This document shows, piece after piece, positions 47,059 to 55,704 of a stretch of DNA of 64,000 nt. The DNA is taken from positions 1,705 through 65,704 of IMG/VR virus record IMGVR_UViG_3300044614_002230; one strand, given 5' to 3'. The notes under the pieces were generated by a model. That model did no database searches. It was not told the origin of the DNA and saw only the letters and a program-made list of their open reading frames with translations. Positions within the stretch are counted from its first letter, which is position 1, and the number at the start of each line of letters is the position of its first letter. Both the position numbers and the translations under genes were made by a program. This DNA comes from a virus (taxonomy: Duplodnaviria; Caudoviricetes).

Positions 47059-47322
47059 TTACTCAAAATTGTAATCCCAGCAAGTTTCCCCCGGGTTGGA
47101 ATCATACAACCCTAGGTTACGGGCTTCGTTAATCGGGTCTAAGATTGACCGATCATTCTTCACTTTTCTGTGAAGCCTCAAACGCCAAAGAACATACTTT
47201 TTTGCATTGCTCTGGTTGGGGTTCTCCAAATAGTTGTTGTAACACTTTTCTACGGTTTGCACCATGCCTACTCCCGCTTTTTCAACAAGGTAGTCGATTT
47301 TTCTCAAGGCTTTCGTCTTCAT
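47059..47322 (-). CDS. Hypothetical protein
   Basis: ATGA-coupled. Confidence 0.6.
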   Translation of the reverse strand: MKTKALRKIDYLVEKAGVGMVQTVEKCYNNYLENPNQSNAKKYVLWRLRLHRKVKNDRSILDPINEARNLGLYDSNPGETCWDYNFE

Positions 47323-48143
47323 GCTGCTACCTCCTCGTTAGTTTCACCACTGTAAGTGAACATTTGCACATCAAATTTTCGAGTACCAGTGGACTCGTAA
47401 ACCAGGTCTTTGTTCTTTTTGTAAATTTCTTGAGCGTCAAACACTTTTGGGAAGTGCAACGGTCTGTCTCCGGGGTTATCTTTCCAGTACATCATTTCAG
47501 TGTAAGAATAAGGCTGGTCAATGTCCCAAGTTTCGTCTCTGGCTCCATAAATTAGAGGCAGACCTTCGTTCCTCCACCAATCCGTAATAATTTCGCTATA
47601 CTGATTCCAAGAAACAGGATCCGTTAAATAAGTTTTGCATTCCTCTTGAATCCAGCGAATGTATTCTCTACCGTGATTAATAATAATGTTAGCAGAATCT
47701 GGAATTTCTTCTAGATAATAGGCATCTTCTGCTCCATCCATGATTCTCTCATAAATGACAGGAAATATGAAAGACTCTGAGAGAAGTTTAAAGTCTTCAT
47801 TGTTGCCGCACATGTTTCGAAGCAAAGATTGAAACACACATACTGTACTGGCTATACGAAGCTCTTGAGGTGAAGACTTCAGTGAAGCAATTTTTTCTAC
47901 TGGTTGAGTTTTTTGGAGCACTCTTAACTCGTTTTGCAGTCTCCTGACCTCGCGGTTTGCTTCCCTTTGAACTTTTTCTTTGTACACCTCGGCAGACGCC
48001 AAAAAAGTTTCCAACCGGGTTTCCAGCTTGTCAAGATCTGCACTAAAGGCTTCTACCTGGATTTTTAGGTTTGATAGTTTTTTCTTTATCCCTGCTACAT
48101 TGTTCTTTAGTGTTGTGGCGGGATAAGCCAGATTGTCTTGCAC
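47319..48143 (-). CDS. Hypothetical protein, N-terminal coiled coil
   Basis: 274 aa, operon packing. Confidence 0.7.
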   Translation of the reverse strand: MQDNLAYPATTLKNNVAGIKKKLSNLKIQVEAFSADLDKLETRLETFLASAEVYKEKVQREANREVRRLQNELRVLQKTQPVEKIASLKSSPQELRIASTVCVFQSLLRNMCGNNEDFKLLSESFIFPVIYERIMDGAEDAYYLEEIPDSANIIINHGREYIRWIQEECKTYLTDPVSWNQYSEIITDWWRNEGLPLIYGARDETWDIDQPYSYTEMMYWKDNPGDRPLHFPKVFDAQEIYKKNKDLVYESTGTRKFDVQMFTYSGETNEEVAA

Positions 48144-48145
48144 GG

Positions 48146-48733
48146 TTACAGTCGTTTAATGTGGGCTTTGAGGTTGTCGTTGGCTACATCGATTACATCA
48201 ATGTGAAACTTATAACGAAGGTCCGGATCACTAAGTAAGTGAAATTCCCCTTCAAACCTGTCCCCATCTTTGGACCTCAAGTAAGAGTTACCTGGAGTGG
48301 GGGGAGAACATAGTGCAATGTTTCCGGACAGATTAGGGTCCTCTTCTTCTATAGCTTGGACGATTCTCTGGTAAATCGCCGAAGAAGCGGCAAGCTCATT
48401 ATCGTTAGTAATTTGAGCCTTCACTTCTCCTTCTACAGCTTTCAGGAGAGATGCAATACCGCTATCCAAGTAAATACCGCAACTTTCCCCGTCTTCCTCG
48501 CACTTGAAACACACCTCCTCAGCAAGAAACTCGCAATCCTCAGGGTCTTCAAAGTTTTGTAGATCGTACTCTAGAATATCGTAGAAAGCAGACTTAAGAG
48601 TATCTCCGTCAGGGCCTTGCAAAATTTTTGCAATGGCGTAAAACAATCTAGGGTTGGCAAGTAGTCGTTCTACAGGGTAAATAACTTGAATTTCTTCCAT
48701 TGTATTACTCTTTAAAGGTGTGACGTGCCTCAC
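48146..48733 (-). CDS. Hypothetical acidic protein (true start may be the internal ATG near 48700)
   Basis: C-terminus (NSYLRSKDGDRFEGEF) resembles 58911..59282 product (NNYFLSEDGKTFTGTF). Confidence 0.65.
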   Translation of the reverse strand: MRHVTPLKSNTMEEIQVIYPVERLLANPRLFYAIAKILQGPDGDTLKSAFYDILEYDLQNFEDPEDCEFLAEEVCFKCEEDGESCGIYLDSGIASLLKAVEGEVKAQITNDNELAASSAIYQRIVQAIEEEDPNLSGNIALCSPPTPGNSYLRSKDGDRFEGEFHLLSDPDLRYKFHIDVIDVANDNLKAHIKRL

Positions 48734-48737
48734 ACGG

Positions 48738-48745
48738 TTTTACCC
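48738..48745 (-). promoter_or_regulatory. Putative late promoter GGGTAAAA
   Basis: Between gyrA stop and next gene. Confidence 0.65.
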
Positions 48746-48751
48746 GGTCAG

Positions 48752-50722
48752 TCACAGTTTAATGTCTTGCAAATTGGCGACCTTAATGCCTTTGGCTCCA
48801 GGGCGACCTTGCTTAACATTTACGGGAAACAGTTCCACTTTTTTCTTTCGAGAAGACACCCAAGGAACAGTATAGGACCCTTCACCAAAGTGAAGCAGTT
48901 TAGCACCTTCTGGTAAAGCTTTCTTGCCTTTGGATGTAACACGACAAAGGTCCTCTCCGGAAACCATCATAGCTTTTAGCTGATCCTCAAAAGCAAACAC
49001 AGCCAGGTACCTTCTTTCGGAGACTTCGGATTCTTTCTTGGCCAATACTACAGTTGAGTAAGTTTCCCCAAGAGCACCTTTAAAATTGGCAGGAATTTTT
49101 TTCAGGAACCCGTCTTCTGTTAAAGTAATTAGTTTCTCTTTTTGGTCGAGAACAAGGGCACCCCTGGGACCTTTAACCTGCTCAACAACCCCCCGCTTCA
49201 TGTCAATCTTCAAGAACCGGGGTCTAGGAGCGGCTGCAACCCGGGTCTTTTTCTCCCCGTTGACAGTCACCACCAGGCTGTCCGGGGGTTCCACCAGAGA
49301 GCTTCTACGAGCCTCTCCGTGGCGTGTGGTGAGCTGTGTCATGAGCTTAACCGCATAGGCCGCCCGTTTCTTCGGGTCTTTGATAAGCTCTTCCAGCTCC
49401 AACACCACGTCCAACAAGGTCGTTTTTTCGTTGGCCAAGGCAGTATGGTCCAGTTTCGTCAGTTGTGCCAGACGCATATCCAAAATCGCGTTGGCTTGCT
49501 CCCGGCTGAACTTATACGGTTTGTCTACGAGCTTGATTAGAGCGTCTGAGCGGGAGCTGGCACTCCGAATTAGTTTAATGATATCATCAAGACTGCCAAT
49601 TGCTTTCAGCAAACCTTCGACAATGTGAAGGCGAGCGTTTGTTTTCTCAAGATCTAGCTCATATTTTGCTTGAAGGCGGTCCAGTCGCCAGTCGAACCAT
49701 TTCTTACAAATGTCAATTGGGCTGAGTTCGACGGGTTTCGTACCGTCAATAACCAGCGTTTTTGCCGAATAACGAGTGTCGAGATCGGTGTATGCGTACA
49801 GTTGTTTAGTAAGGAGTTCAGTGTCGGTATTGGCCTTTGCAATAATTGTGACACGGTCTCCGGAGAGATCAGACTCATCGATGACTTCAGCAATGCCATG
49901 AATTTTCCCTTTGTCTAGCGCATCTTTGATTTGCTCCCCGATTTTTTCAGGGTTAACGGCAGGCGGAAGGTGAGTAAACGTAATCGCCGTTTTTGCCTTG
50001 CCTTTTTGTTTCTTAGTTTCAGTAATTTCCAGCTTAGCGCGAACGCGGATGCTACCAGAACCGGTTCGAGCGTAATCAGTAAGTCCTTCATCTTTTACAA
50101 TGTCGCAACCGGTCGGGAAGTCGGGGTACAGCTCTGCTGTTTTTTTCGAGTTTATTAGCTTCGTGGCTTCAACTACTTCTCGGAGATTGTGTGGGGCGAG
50201 TTTCGTAGCGAATCCCACAGCAATTCCACTGTCACCATTAAGGAGAACAGAAGGGATAGCAGTATTAAATCGGATGGCCTCTTGACGTGACCCGTCGTAG
50301 TTTTCAATCGTTTCCCAAGTTTCACGGTCTTGAAGCAAAAGGTCGGTGGCGGACGGTCGCAATTTACACTCAGTGTATCTTTCAGCAGCAGGGCCGTCAA
50401 CACTGCTTCCGAAATTGCCGTGACCGTCCACCCAGGGCACGTTGTTGTTCCAAGGGGTTGCCATGTTCACGAGCGCACCGTAGGCACCTCCGTGAGGGTG
50501 GTAATACGCCATCGTAAGGCCAGTCACCCGGGCGCACTTTACATAGCGTTTCTCAGGGCTCAAACCTTCTTCCAGCATCGTTTGGAGCACACGGCGCTGT
50601 ACAGGTTTAAGTCCGTCGTAAAGATCAGGGATAGCTCTCCCCAGCAGCACCGCCATGCTGTAGGAGAGGTAGTCCTCCTTCATTTGGGAGGCTAGGTTAG
50701 TTGTCGTGAGTTGTTCTGCCAT
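48752..50722 (-). CDS. gyrA: Type IIA topoisomerase subunit A (GyrA/ParC-like), shortened CTD
   Basis: YLSYSM, RAIPD..DGLKPVQRR, YHPHG, GNFGSS.DGPAAERYTE (catalytic Tyr), NG..GIAVG.AT, PDFPTG, QANAILDMRL. Confidence 0.95.
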   Translation of the reverse strand: MAEQLTTTNLASQMKEDYLSYSMAVLLGRAIPDLYDGLKPVQRRVLQTMLEEGLSPEKRYVKCARVTGLTMAYYHPHGGAYGALVNMATPWNNNVPWVDGHGNFGSSVDGPAAERYTECKLRPSATDLLLQDRETWETIENYDGSRQEAIRFNTAIPSVLLNGDSGIAVGFATKLAPHNLREVVEATKLINSKKTAELYPDFPTGCDIVKDEGLTDYARTGSGSIRVRAKLEITETKKQKGKAKTAITFTHLPPAVNPEKIGEQIKDALDKGKIHGIAEVIDESDLSGDRVTIIAKANTDTELLTKQLYAYTDLDTRYSAKTLVIDGTKPVELSPIDICKKWFDWRLDRLQAKYELDLEKTNARLHIVEGLLKAIGSLDDIIKLIRSASSRSDALIKLVDKPYKFSREQANAILDMRLAQLTKLDHTALANEKTTLLDVVLELEELIKDPKKRAAYAVKLMTQLTTRHGEARRSSLVEPPDSLVVTVNGEKKTRVAAAPRPRFLKIDMKRGVVEQVKGPRGALVLDQKEKLITLTEDGFLKKIPANFKGALGETYSTVVLAKKESEVSERRYLAVFAFEDQLKAMMVSGEDLCRVTSKGKKALPEGAKLLHFGEGSYTVPWVSSRKKKVELFPVNVKQGRPGAKGIKVANLQDIKL

Positions 50723-50773
50723 GCATTTAGTATACTAAACCTTTTCCAAGAGTAAAGGAGGGTTTACCGAACC
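50723..50773 (-). promoter_or_regulatory. Early/middle promoter cassette (palindromic box + TTTACT-N16-TATACT)
   Basis: GGTTCGGTAAACCCTCC-TTTACT...TATACT-N6-ATG of gyrA. Confidence 0.75.
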
Positions 50774-51265
50774 TTATTCGATTGTTTCTACTTTATGTGG
50801 GTACTTTTTGCACAAGTTTTCGATACGGGTTCTCATCCCTTTCATCCAACTTTCGTTTTGAGTGTTGTTCCTTGCTGCTCGCCTACGCTCCAGCTCTTCT
50901 TCACTGACTTGCAAACAAATCAAGTTCATGCCAATGTTTTCTTGAAACATAGCATCCATGTTAGGACCATTGCTCAAACGTTCCCCTTCACCGTAAATTA
51001 TCCAGTCCGGAAATTCTTCCGTGGCTCCGAGTAACCATTCACGAAACTTGGGTCCCACACCTTTACTCCAGGTGTCGGTCCCTGCAAACGTGCCTTCATC
51101 ATAACGTCCAAGGACGATTGTCTTCTGTTTAAGGAATTTATGGTAAGTTACCAACCCTTCTTTAATGAATTCATCTGTTTCGTTCTCTCGAAGGTTATTT
51201 AAAATACCGCGCATCAACGTGGTTTTACCGGTTCCAGGTTGACCAATGTAATAAAAGATTTTCAT
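50774..51265 (-). CDS. P-loop nucleotide kinase of DNA-hypermodification type (putative 5-hydroxymethylpyrimidine DNA kinase)
   Basis: GQPGTGKTT, GTD, EGERL, RRAAR; ATGA-coupled to amino acid:DNA transferase. Confidence 0.8.
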   Translation of the reverse strand: MKIFYYIGQPGTGKTTLMRGILNNLRENETDEFIKEGLVTYHKFLKQKTIVLGRYDEGTFAGTDTWSKGVGPKFREWLLGATEEFPDWIIYGEGERLSNGPNMDAMFQENIGMNLICLQVSEEELERRRAARNNTQNESWMKGMRTRIENLCKKYPHKVETIE

Positions 51266-52335
51266 TGTTTAGGGTTGTAATGGTAATGCAGGGTGCCGTG
51301 GTTTAAAAACAATTCCATTTTAGCTTTATCTTCACGGGCGTAACGTGGAGCCAATACATCGCCAACAACTTCTCCACGAGCTTGCCAAATTACGTTCCAA
51401 TCGATCCCGTGCCAGTTATCATTTTCAGCTTTCATAACTTCTTCTGATTGCCGGTCAAGGTAATAGCCAACGTAACGGCCTCGACTGGTTCTCCAGAGCT
51501 TTTTGTAAGCACAGAGTGCGGTTTCCATTGAGAAGTTGTCGAATTGGGAAGCAAGCAATGGCCAACGCTTGCGAGCTTCCAGCAAAAGTTCAGCACCAGC
51601 TATTTCTAAGTAAGCGTACTCTTTGCTGGTCAATTTTTGGTTGACCCATTCGTCTTTCCCGAGCGCATAACACAACCCGTTTCTGTGAGACTTGGATCCT
51701 GAGTAGTCACTTAGTAGTAATGTTGGGCAATCAATATTGATGCCACACGTGTGTTTTAATGTTTGTAAGTAAAAAAATGCGGTGTAACGTCCGAACTTAT
51801 ACCATTCTCCTTTTATAATTGCCCAGAGTCGTTCAAAGTTAACTTCCGGCTCCTCCGTACAAATTCGGTCAAACACAGCTTTTTGTGAAGACCCGTGAAC
51901 CCAATCACAATACGATTGGTACATGGCTGGCAGGTGCCCTTTTGACCACTTCGTGTCAGTTTGATAGCGCAATCGTGTATAATTCTCGTTGTTCCATTGG
52001 GTAAATCTATCTACACTCGCCAACTCCTCATCGGGGAATTCGTTCTTATAAACGAATGCGGTGGGTAAATTGTATGTGTGATACAACCATGCAAACCACA
52101 AACGTTCTTCCACCGAGTATTCATACCGGTCGTTCAGGTATTGGATCAACCAGAGTGCAGGATCGCAATCCCCGGAAGCCACGCTTGCTGCGTAAAATTG
52201 CAAAAAACCCTCAGATCTTTGACTTAATTCACGGTAATCATGACCAACGTTCTTTTTGTTTGTACTGGCAACATTAACCGCAGCGCCGCCGCACACATTA
52301 TCTTGGAGTCTCATAGTAGCAGTTATAAAGTTCAA
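51262..52335 (-). CDS. Amino acid:DNA transferase (aGPT-Pplase2-like, HhH glycosylase fold); start uncertain
   Basis: DYR, GDCDP, ERLWFAW, YQTDTKW.KG, FGRYTAFFYL, SKSHRNGL, METALCAYKK, RYVGYYLDR. Confidence 0.85.
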   Translation of the reverse strand: MNFITATMRLQDNVCGGAAVNVASTNKKNVGHDYRELSQRSEGFLQFYAASVASGDCDPALWLIQYLNDRYEYSVEERLWFAWLYHTYNLPTAFVYKNEFPDEELASVDRFTQWNNENYTRLRYQTDTKWSKGHLPAMYQSYCDWVHGSSQKAVFDRICTEEPEVNFERLWAIIKGEWYKFGRYTAFFYLQTLKHTCGINIDCPTLLLSDYSGSKSHRNGLCYALGKDEWVNQKLTSKEYAYLEIAGAELLLEARKRWPLLASQFDNFSMETALCAYKKLWRTSRGRYVGYYLDRQSEEVMKAENDNWHGIDWNVIWQARGEVVGDVLAPRYAREDKAKMELFLNHGTLHYHYNPKQ

Positions 52336-52650
52336 TCATGTGGCACCGGGAAAGTCGCTCCGTTAGGTAAAAAGGTCCCCAGCAAAATGCGTATGGCCCT
52401 GGAAGAATTGGGATACAATCCCAACAATCACCGCTCTCAAGGTGTCTCCGAAGAATTGCTTGCCTGGGCTGATAAAATCGTGATTATGGGCAACGCCCAC
52501 GAGAAATTTATCACAGAGCATTACCCTCAGTACCTTACTAAAATAACCAATTGGAACGTTAAAGATCCTCACTTTGCTACTGGGAATGAGCTGCATCGTA
52601 AGGTGGCCAAAGAAATTGAAGTCAAAGTTAATCAGTTATTTGTTGAATGA
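52240..52650 (+). CDS. Low-molecular-weight protein-tyrosine-phosphatase family protein, antisense to its neighbours
   Basis: NVLFVCTGNINRS P-loop, SCGT, HRSQ, WADKIVIM, VKDPH. Confidence 0.92.
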   Translation: MTNVLFVCTGNINRSAAAHIILESHSSSYKVQSCGTGKVAPLGKKVPSKMRMALEELGYNPNNHRSQGVSEELLAWADKIVIMGNAHEKFITEHYPQYLTKITNWNVKDPHFATGNELHRKVAKEIEVKVNQLFVE

Positions 52651-53566
52651 CCTTCACAGTTTCCTCGGCAGTGCAGTTATCGATATCTAAATGTTTACGC
52701 AGATCGTTGATACGGGTTTCGGCAACTTTCCGAGAATTTTTATCAAAATTAGTGTACTGATACCCGCACTCCATTGCAAAATCAAACGGGGCAAACTCAG
52801 GGAAATCATAAGAGTATGCCGAAAGCAATTCTGAAACAAGGGCATCATTCAAAGCCCCCTCGATAAACTTCGCTACCCACACAAAACAGGAGGCTAACTT
52901 TTTAACATCAAGAGTGTTCGTAAAATGGCGAAATTCAACGGTGTCCGTTTCTTGCAACTGTAACAAGTTGATGCCAGCTCTTGTTGTTAGTCCATATGCT
53001 CGTTTGTTGTCAGTCTGCAATTTTGAGTGAGCATCAAAGAACTCGCGCACCGTTGTTGCTTGCATCGCCTCAGCAACTCTCGCAGCAGGCACCTTATATT
53101 GGTGAGAAACTTTACGTCGCTTGTAGCGTTTGAGAGCACCCTTATAGGCTTCTTCGCTGAAGTAATCTTCCCTCAATGGTACCGGAATTGGCTCAATTGC
53201 TGCATAAATTTGACCTTGATTCGCATCAATATACGCAAGCAATTTCTTGAGAGATTTTAAATCCTCCGACAACCCTGGTACACAAATATGTAAATGCAAG
53301 TTTGTTCGGTGGTTGATAGCAGCTTCCGGATGTCGGGCAATCAACAACTCAAACATTTCAAGTTGTTCAGCAAAGCTATCGGTAGGCGCAGAGTTAATCT
53401 CTCCTCCGCGTTGGTACGCTCGCCCTTTAGGGTCATTTGCGATCCCGGTTGAACTTACGATTGAGTAATCTTTTTCGTTCCAAGTTAGCCCTTGAGGTAA
53501 ATCACTCCTCCAAATATCACCAAACTCGTATTCTGCCCCGAACGTTACGTTCTTGAGGTCAATCAT
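52628..53566 (-). CDS. Putative amidoligase (Amidoligase_2 / COOH-NH2 ligase fold)
   Basis: TFGAEYEF, GGEINSAP, NHRTNLHLHI, GINL, TVEFRHF. Confidence 0.82.
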   Translation of the reverse strand: MIDLKNVTFGAEYEFGDIWRSDLPQGLTWNEKDYSIVSSTGIANDPKGRAYQRGGEINSAPTDSFAEQLEMFELLIARHPEAAINHRTNLHLHICVPGLSEDLKSLKKLLAYIDANQGQIYAAIEPIPVPLREDYFSEEAYKGALKRYKRRKVSHQYKVPAARVAEAMQATTVREFFDAHSKLQTDNKRAYGLTTRAGINLLQLQETDTVEFRHFTNTLDVKKLASCFVWVAKFIEGALNDALVSELLSAYSYDFPEFAPFDFAMECGYQYTNFDKNSRKVAETRINDLRKHLDIDNCTAEETVKVIQQITD

Positions 53567-54222
53567 GGAATCAGTTCCTCAACGTTTGTTATTTTAGTGC
53601 CACCTTTGGGAGTGTAAATCCACCCCGGTTCGCATCGCCGTGGTCGTTTCAATCCTGCACGCAGAGCAATGTCTGATGTTGAGCAGATAAATACACCGTT
53701 GGGTACACGGTTGAAGTACAAAGGGCGTTTCCCGTTGCGATAAAACCGCAACCCATCGGAGCCCAACTCGGCAACTGCCATACTTGCTTCAGGGAACTCT
53801 TTCAGCGGTTCTTTCCCCGCATGTCTTGCTTGGTATAGTAACTCGGAATCGTTACTTGTTGCTAGTTCGTAACCGTGCTCGCCCCAATAAACAGGTGGCC
53901 TTTGATCGACAACACCGTTGTGGGCAAGCGCCAAGTCTTCAAAAATATGCAAAGGTTGATTGAATTTAAGGTCGCTCGTCGAATACCTGCAATGGCCAAT
54001 CAATTGCAAAGTGTAATCACCAGGCTGCACCTCTGCGAAATGACTTTGCACGAAAGTTTCCGCAGGGACAGGCGCAACTTGAGTGAAGATTCGCTTATTG
54101 CGAACCAGAGAGTAACCACTTGCGTGTTTTCCTCTAATCTGGGACTCGACAAACAATCGTTTCAGGGTCTGAATTTGTTCTTCAGAAGGCGAGTCAAGGT
54201 AACAACCAACTATAGCACACAT
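53563..54222 (-). CDS. Class II (Ntn) glutamine amidotransferase
   Basis: MCAIVG (N-terminal Cys), RGKHASG, GHCRYST, NQPL, HNGVV, NDSE, RNGKRPL. Confidence 0.92.
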   Translation of the reverse strand: MCAIVGCYLDSPSEEQIQTLKRLFVESQIRGKHASGYSLVRNKRIFTQVAPVPAETFVQSHFAEVQPGDYTLQLIGHCRYSTSDLKFNQPLHIFEDLALAHNGVVDQRPPVYWGEHGYELATSNDSELLYQARHAGKEPLKEFPEASMAVAELGSDGLRFYRNGKRPLYFNRVPNGVFICSTSDIALRAGLKRPRRCEPGWIYTPKGGTKITNVEELIP

Positions 54223-55653
54223 TCATTTCTCCGTATACCAGTAATTAGTGCGGGAAGCGTTAGGGCAATGTTTTGTTCTATACTCGTCCCACTCGTCGCT
54301 GACCCACATAGCAGGAAACACTCCACTGAATTTGCCTCCATCGTTTTTCTGATAGCGGTCTGCGTAGTTGGCTTGAGAGTATGCAATGAACTGTTTACGG
54401 CAACATTCTGACCTGTAATCATCTAGTTTAGCCATGCCATCCCGGGCGTAATAAACTTGAATGATACTTTCGGCGTCCCCGGTTTTGTCTATCATTTCAG
54501 TTTGCCCGTGAACGCGATTGCAGTTGTCACCAACAAAGAAATCTCCGTGGCGAATGTCAAACGCTAAGCCAAACTCAGCCATTACAAAGTATTGTCCGTC
54601 GTATTTCTCGCCAGGGTATGCTTCATTAGTAATGTTTGTAAGAACTGCTACTCCTCTAGGGTTATTTTTACCATCTAGGTGCCAGAAGGTAGAGAAGTTA
54701 TAGTTGATTGTAATTGTGGAGAAAGTTTTAGTACCTAGTAGCGTGTATAGATCTTCTTGGCAAGGCTCCATAAGATCATGGATATAATTCCACTCTTCTG
54801 GCATTGTGTCTCGGTACATATCCGAGACTTGCTGATACAAAGATTTATGAGCCTCAAAATCTTTTCGCCTTTTTTCCGTAGTGGCTGACAAGCGACCGAA
54901 AGGATTTCGGGCAGACCTGTCCATAAAACCGAGGATATTGCTATATACTTTATTCGCTCGAGTCTGAATGCTGACAAAGTTCTTGTAAGAATCTTTAGCG
55001 AACTGAACTTGATCTTCTTCTTTAGCCCAATCAATCAACCAATTATCAAACCACTCCTGACGCAGTTTATCACGTTCAGCCAAGGCGGCATCTTTCTCTG
55101 CTTGAGGTGTGGCTTTCTTGCGAAGAAGAGACTCCAACGCCAGGATCTTCTCTCCATCTACGTAAGGGGAGTTCAGCAGTTTCTTGACATACAAGGAGAA
55201 CCGCGAAGCTCCGGTCTGGCTAGCGACAATCTCTTTCGCTTCCTCAATTGTTTTGACTTTACCTTTCGTGGCAGAGCGAAAGAATGCTACTTGGCCGTTG
55301 GTAAGTCTGGCTGAAGTATCGGTAACGAGCTCTTTACCTCCTACCAAGCCACGTTGATCGGACAGTAGATCTTTACTGACCCAACGCCAATAGTTGAAAC
55401 TGTCGGAATCAGGAGTGATTTTAGTAATCTCTGGCAACGCATTGCGCAGAAACACAATCGCTCGTTTACCTTTTAGATACACAATCGTGTTATCTCGAAT
55501 TATACGGTTGCTGTCATAATCGGTTTCATTGGGGCGATCTCCGATCCGTTCTTTATCGAAAGGGATCAGTTCATCTATTTCAATCACTTCACACTCATAA
55601 GTGCCAGTGCAAGTTTTGAGGGTTTCAGTGTTGGTTTTAACTTTGGCAGTCAT
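54223..55653 (-). CDS. TET/JBP-family Fe(II) dioxygenase (5-methylpyrimidine oxidase-like)
   Basis: VYSNILGFMDR, FSTITINYNFSTFWHLDGKN (HxD), RHGDFFVGDN..VHGQTE (distal His), VYYAR. Confidence 0.88.
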   Translation of the reverse strand: MTAKVKTNTETLKTCTGTYECEVIEIDELIPFDKERIGDRPNETDYDSNRIIRDNTIVYLKGKRAIVFLRNALPEITKITPDSDSFNYWRWVSKDLLSDQRGLVGGKELVTDTSARLTNGQVAFFRSATKGKVKTIEEAKEIVASQTGASRFSLYVKKLLNSPYVDGEKILALESLLRKKATPQAEKDAALAERDKLRQEWFDNWLIDWAKEEDQVQFAKDSYKNFVSIQTRANKVYSNILGFMDRSARNPFGRLSATTEKRRKDFEAHKSLYQQVSDMYRDTMPEEWNYIHDLMEPCQEDLYTLLGTKTFSTITINYNFSTFWHLDGKNNPRGVAVLTNITNEAYPGEKYDGQYFVMAEFGLAFDIRHGDFFVGDNCNRVHGQTEMIDKTGDAESIIQVYYARDGMAKLDDYRSECCRKQFIAYSQANYADRYQKNDGGKFSGVFPAMWVSDEWDEYRTKHCPNASRTNYWYTEK

Positions 55654-55672
55654 GGCTTCGCTCGTTTTGGTT

Positions 55673-55700
55673 ATTTTAGGTAAAACAGGTGTGTTGTAAA
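55673..55700 (-). promoter_or_regulatory. Putative sigma70-like promoter of hypermodification operon
   Basis: TTTACA-N16-TAAAAT upstream of TET-like gene. Confidence 0.5.
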
Positions 55701-55704
55701 CGCC

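Noticed and set aside
52240-52650. Arsenate reductase ArsC call
   Set aside because: Redox cysteines needed for the thioredoxin-coupled mechanism are missing; no ars genes nearby.
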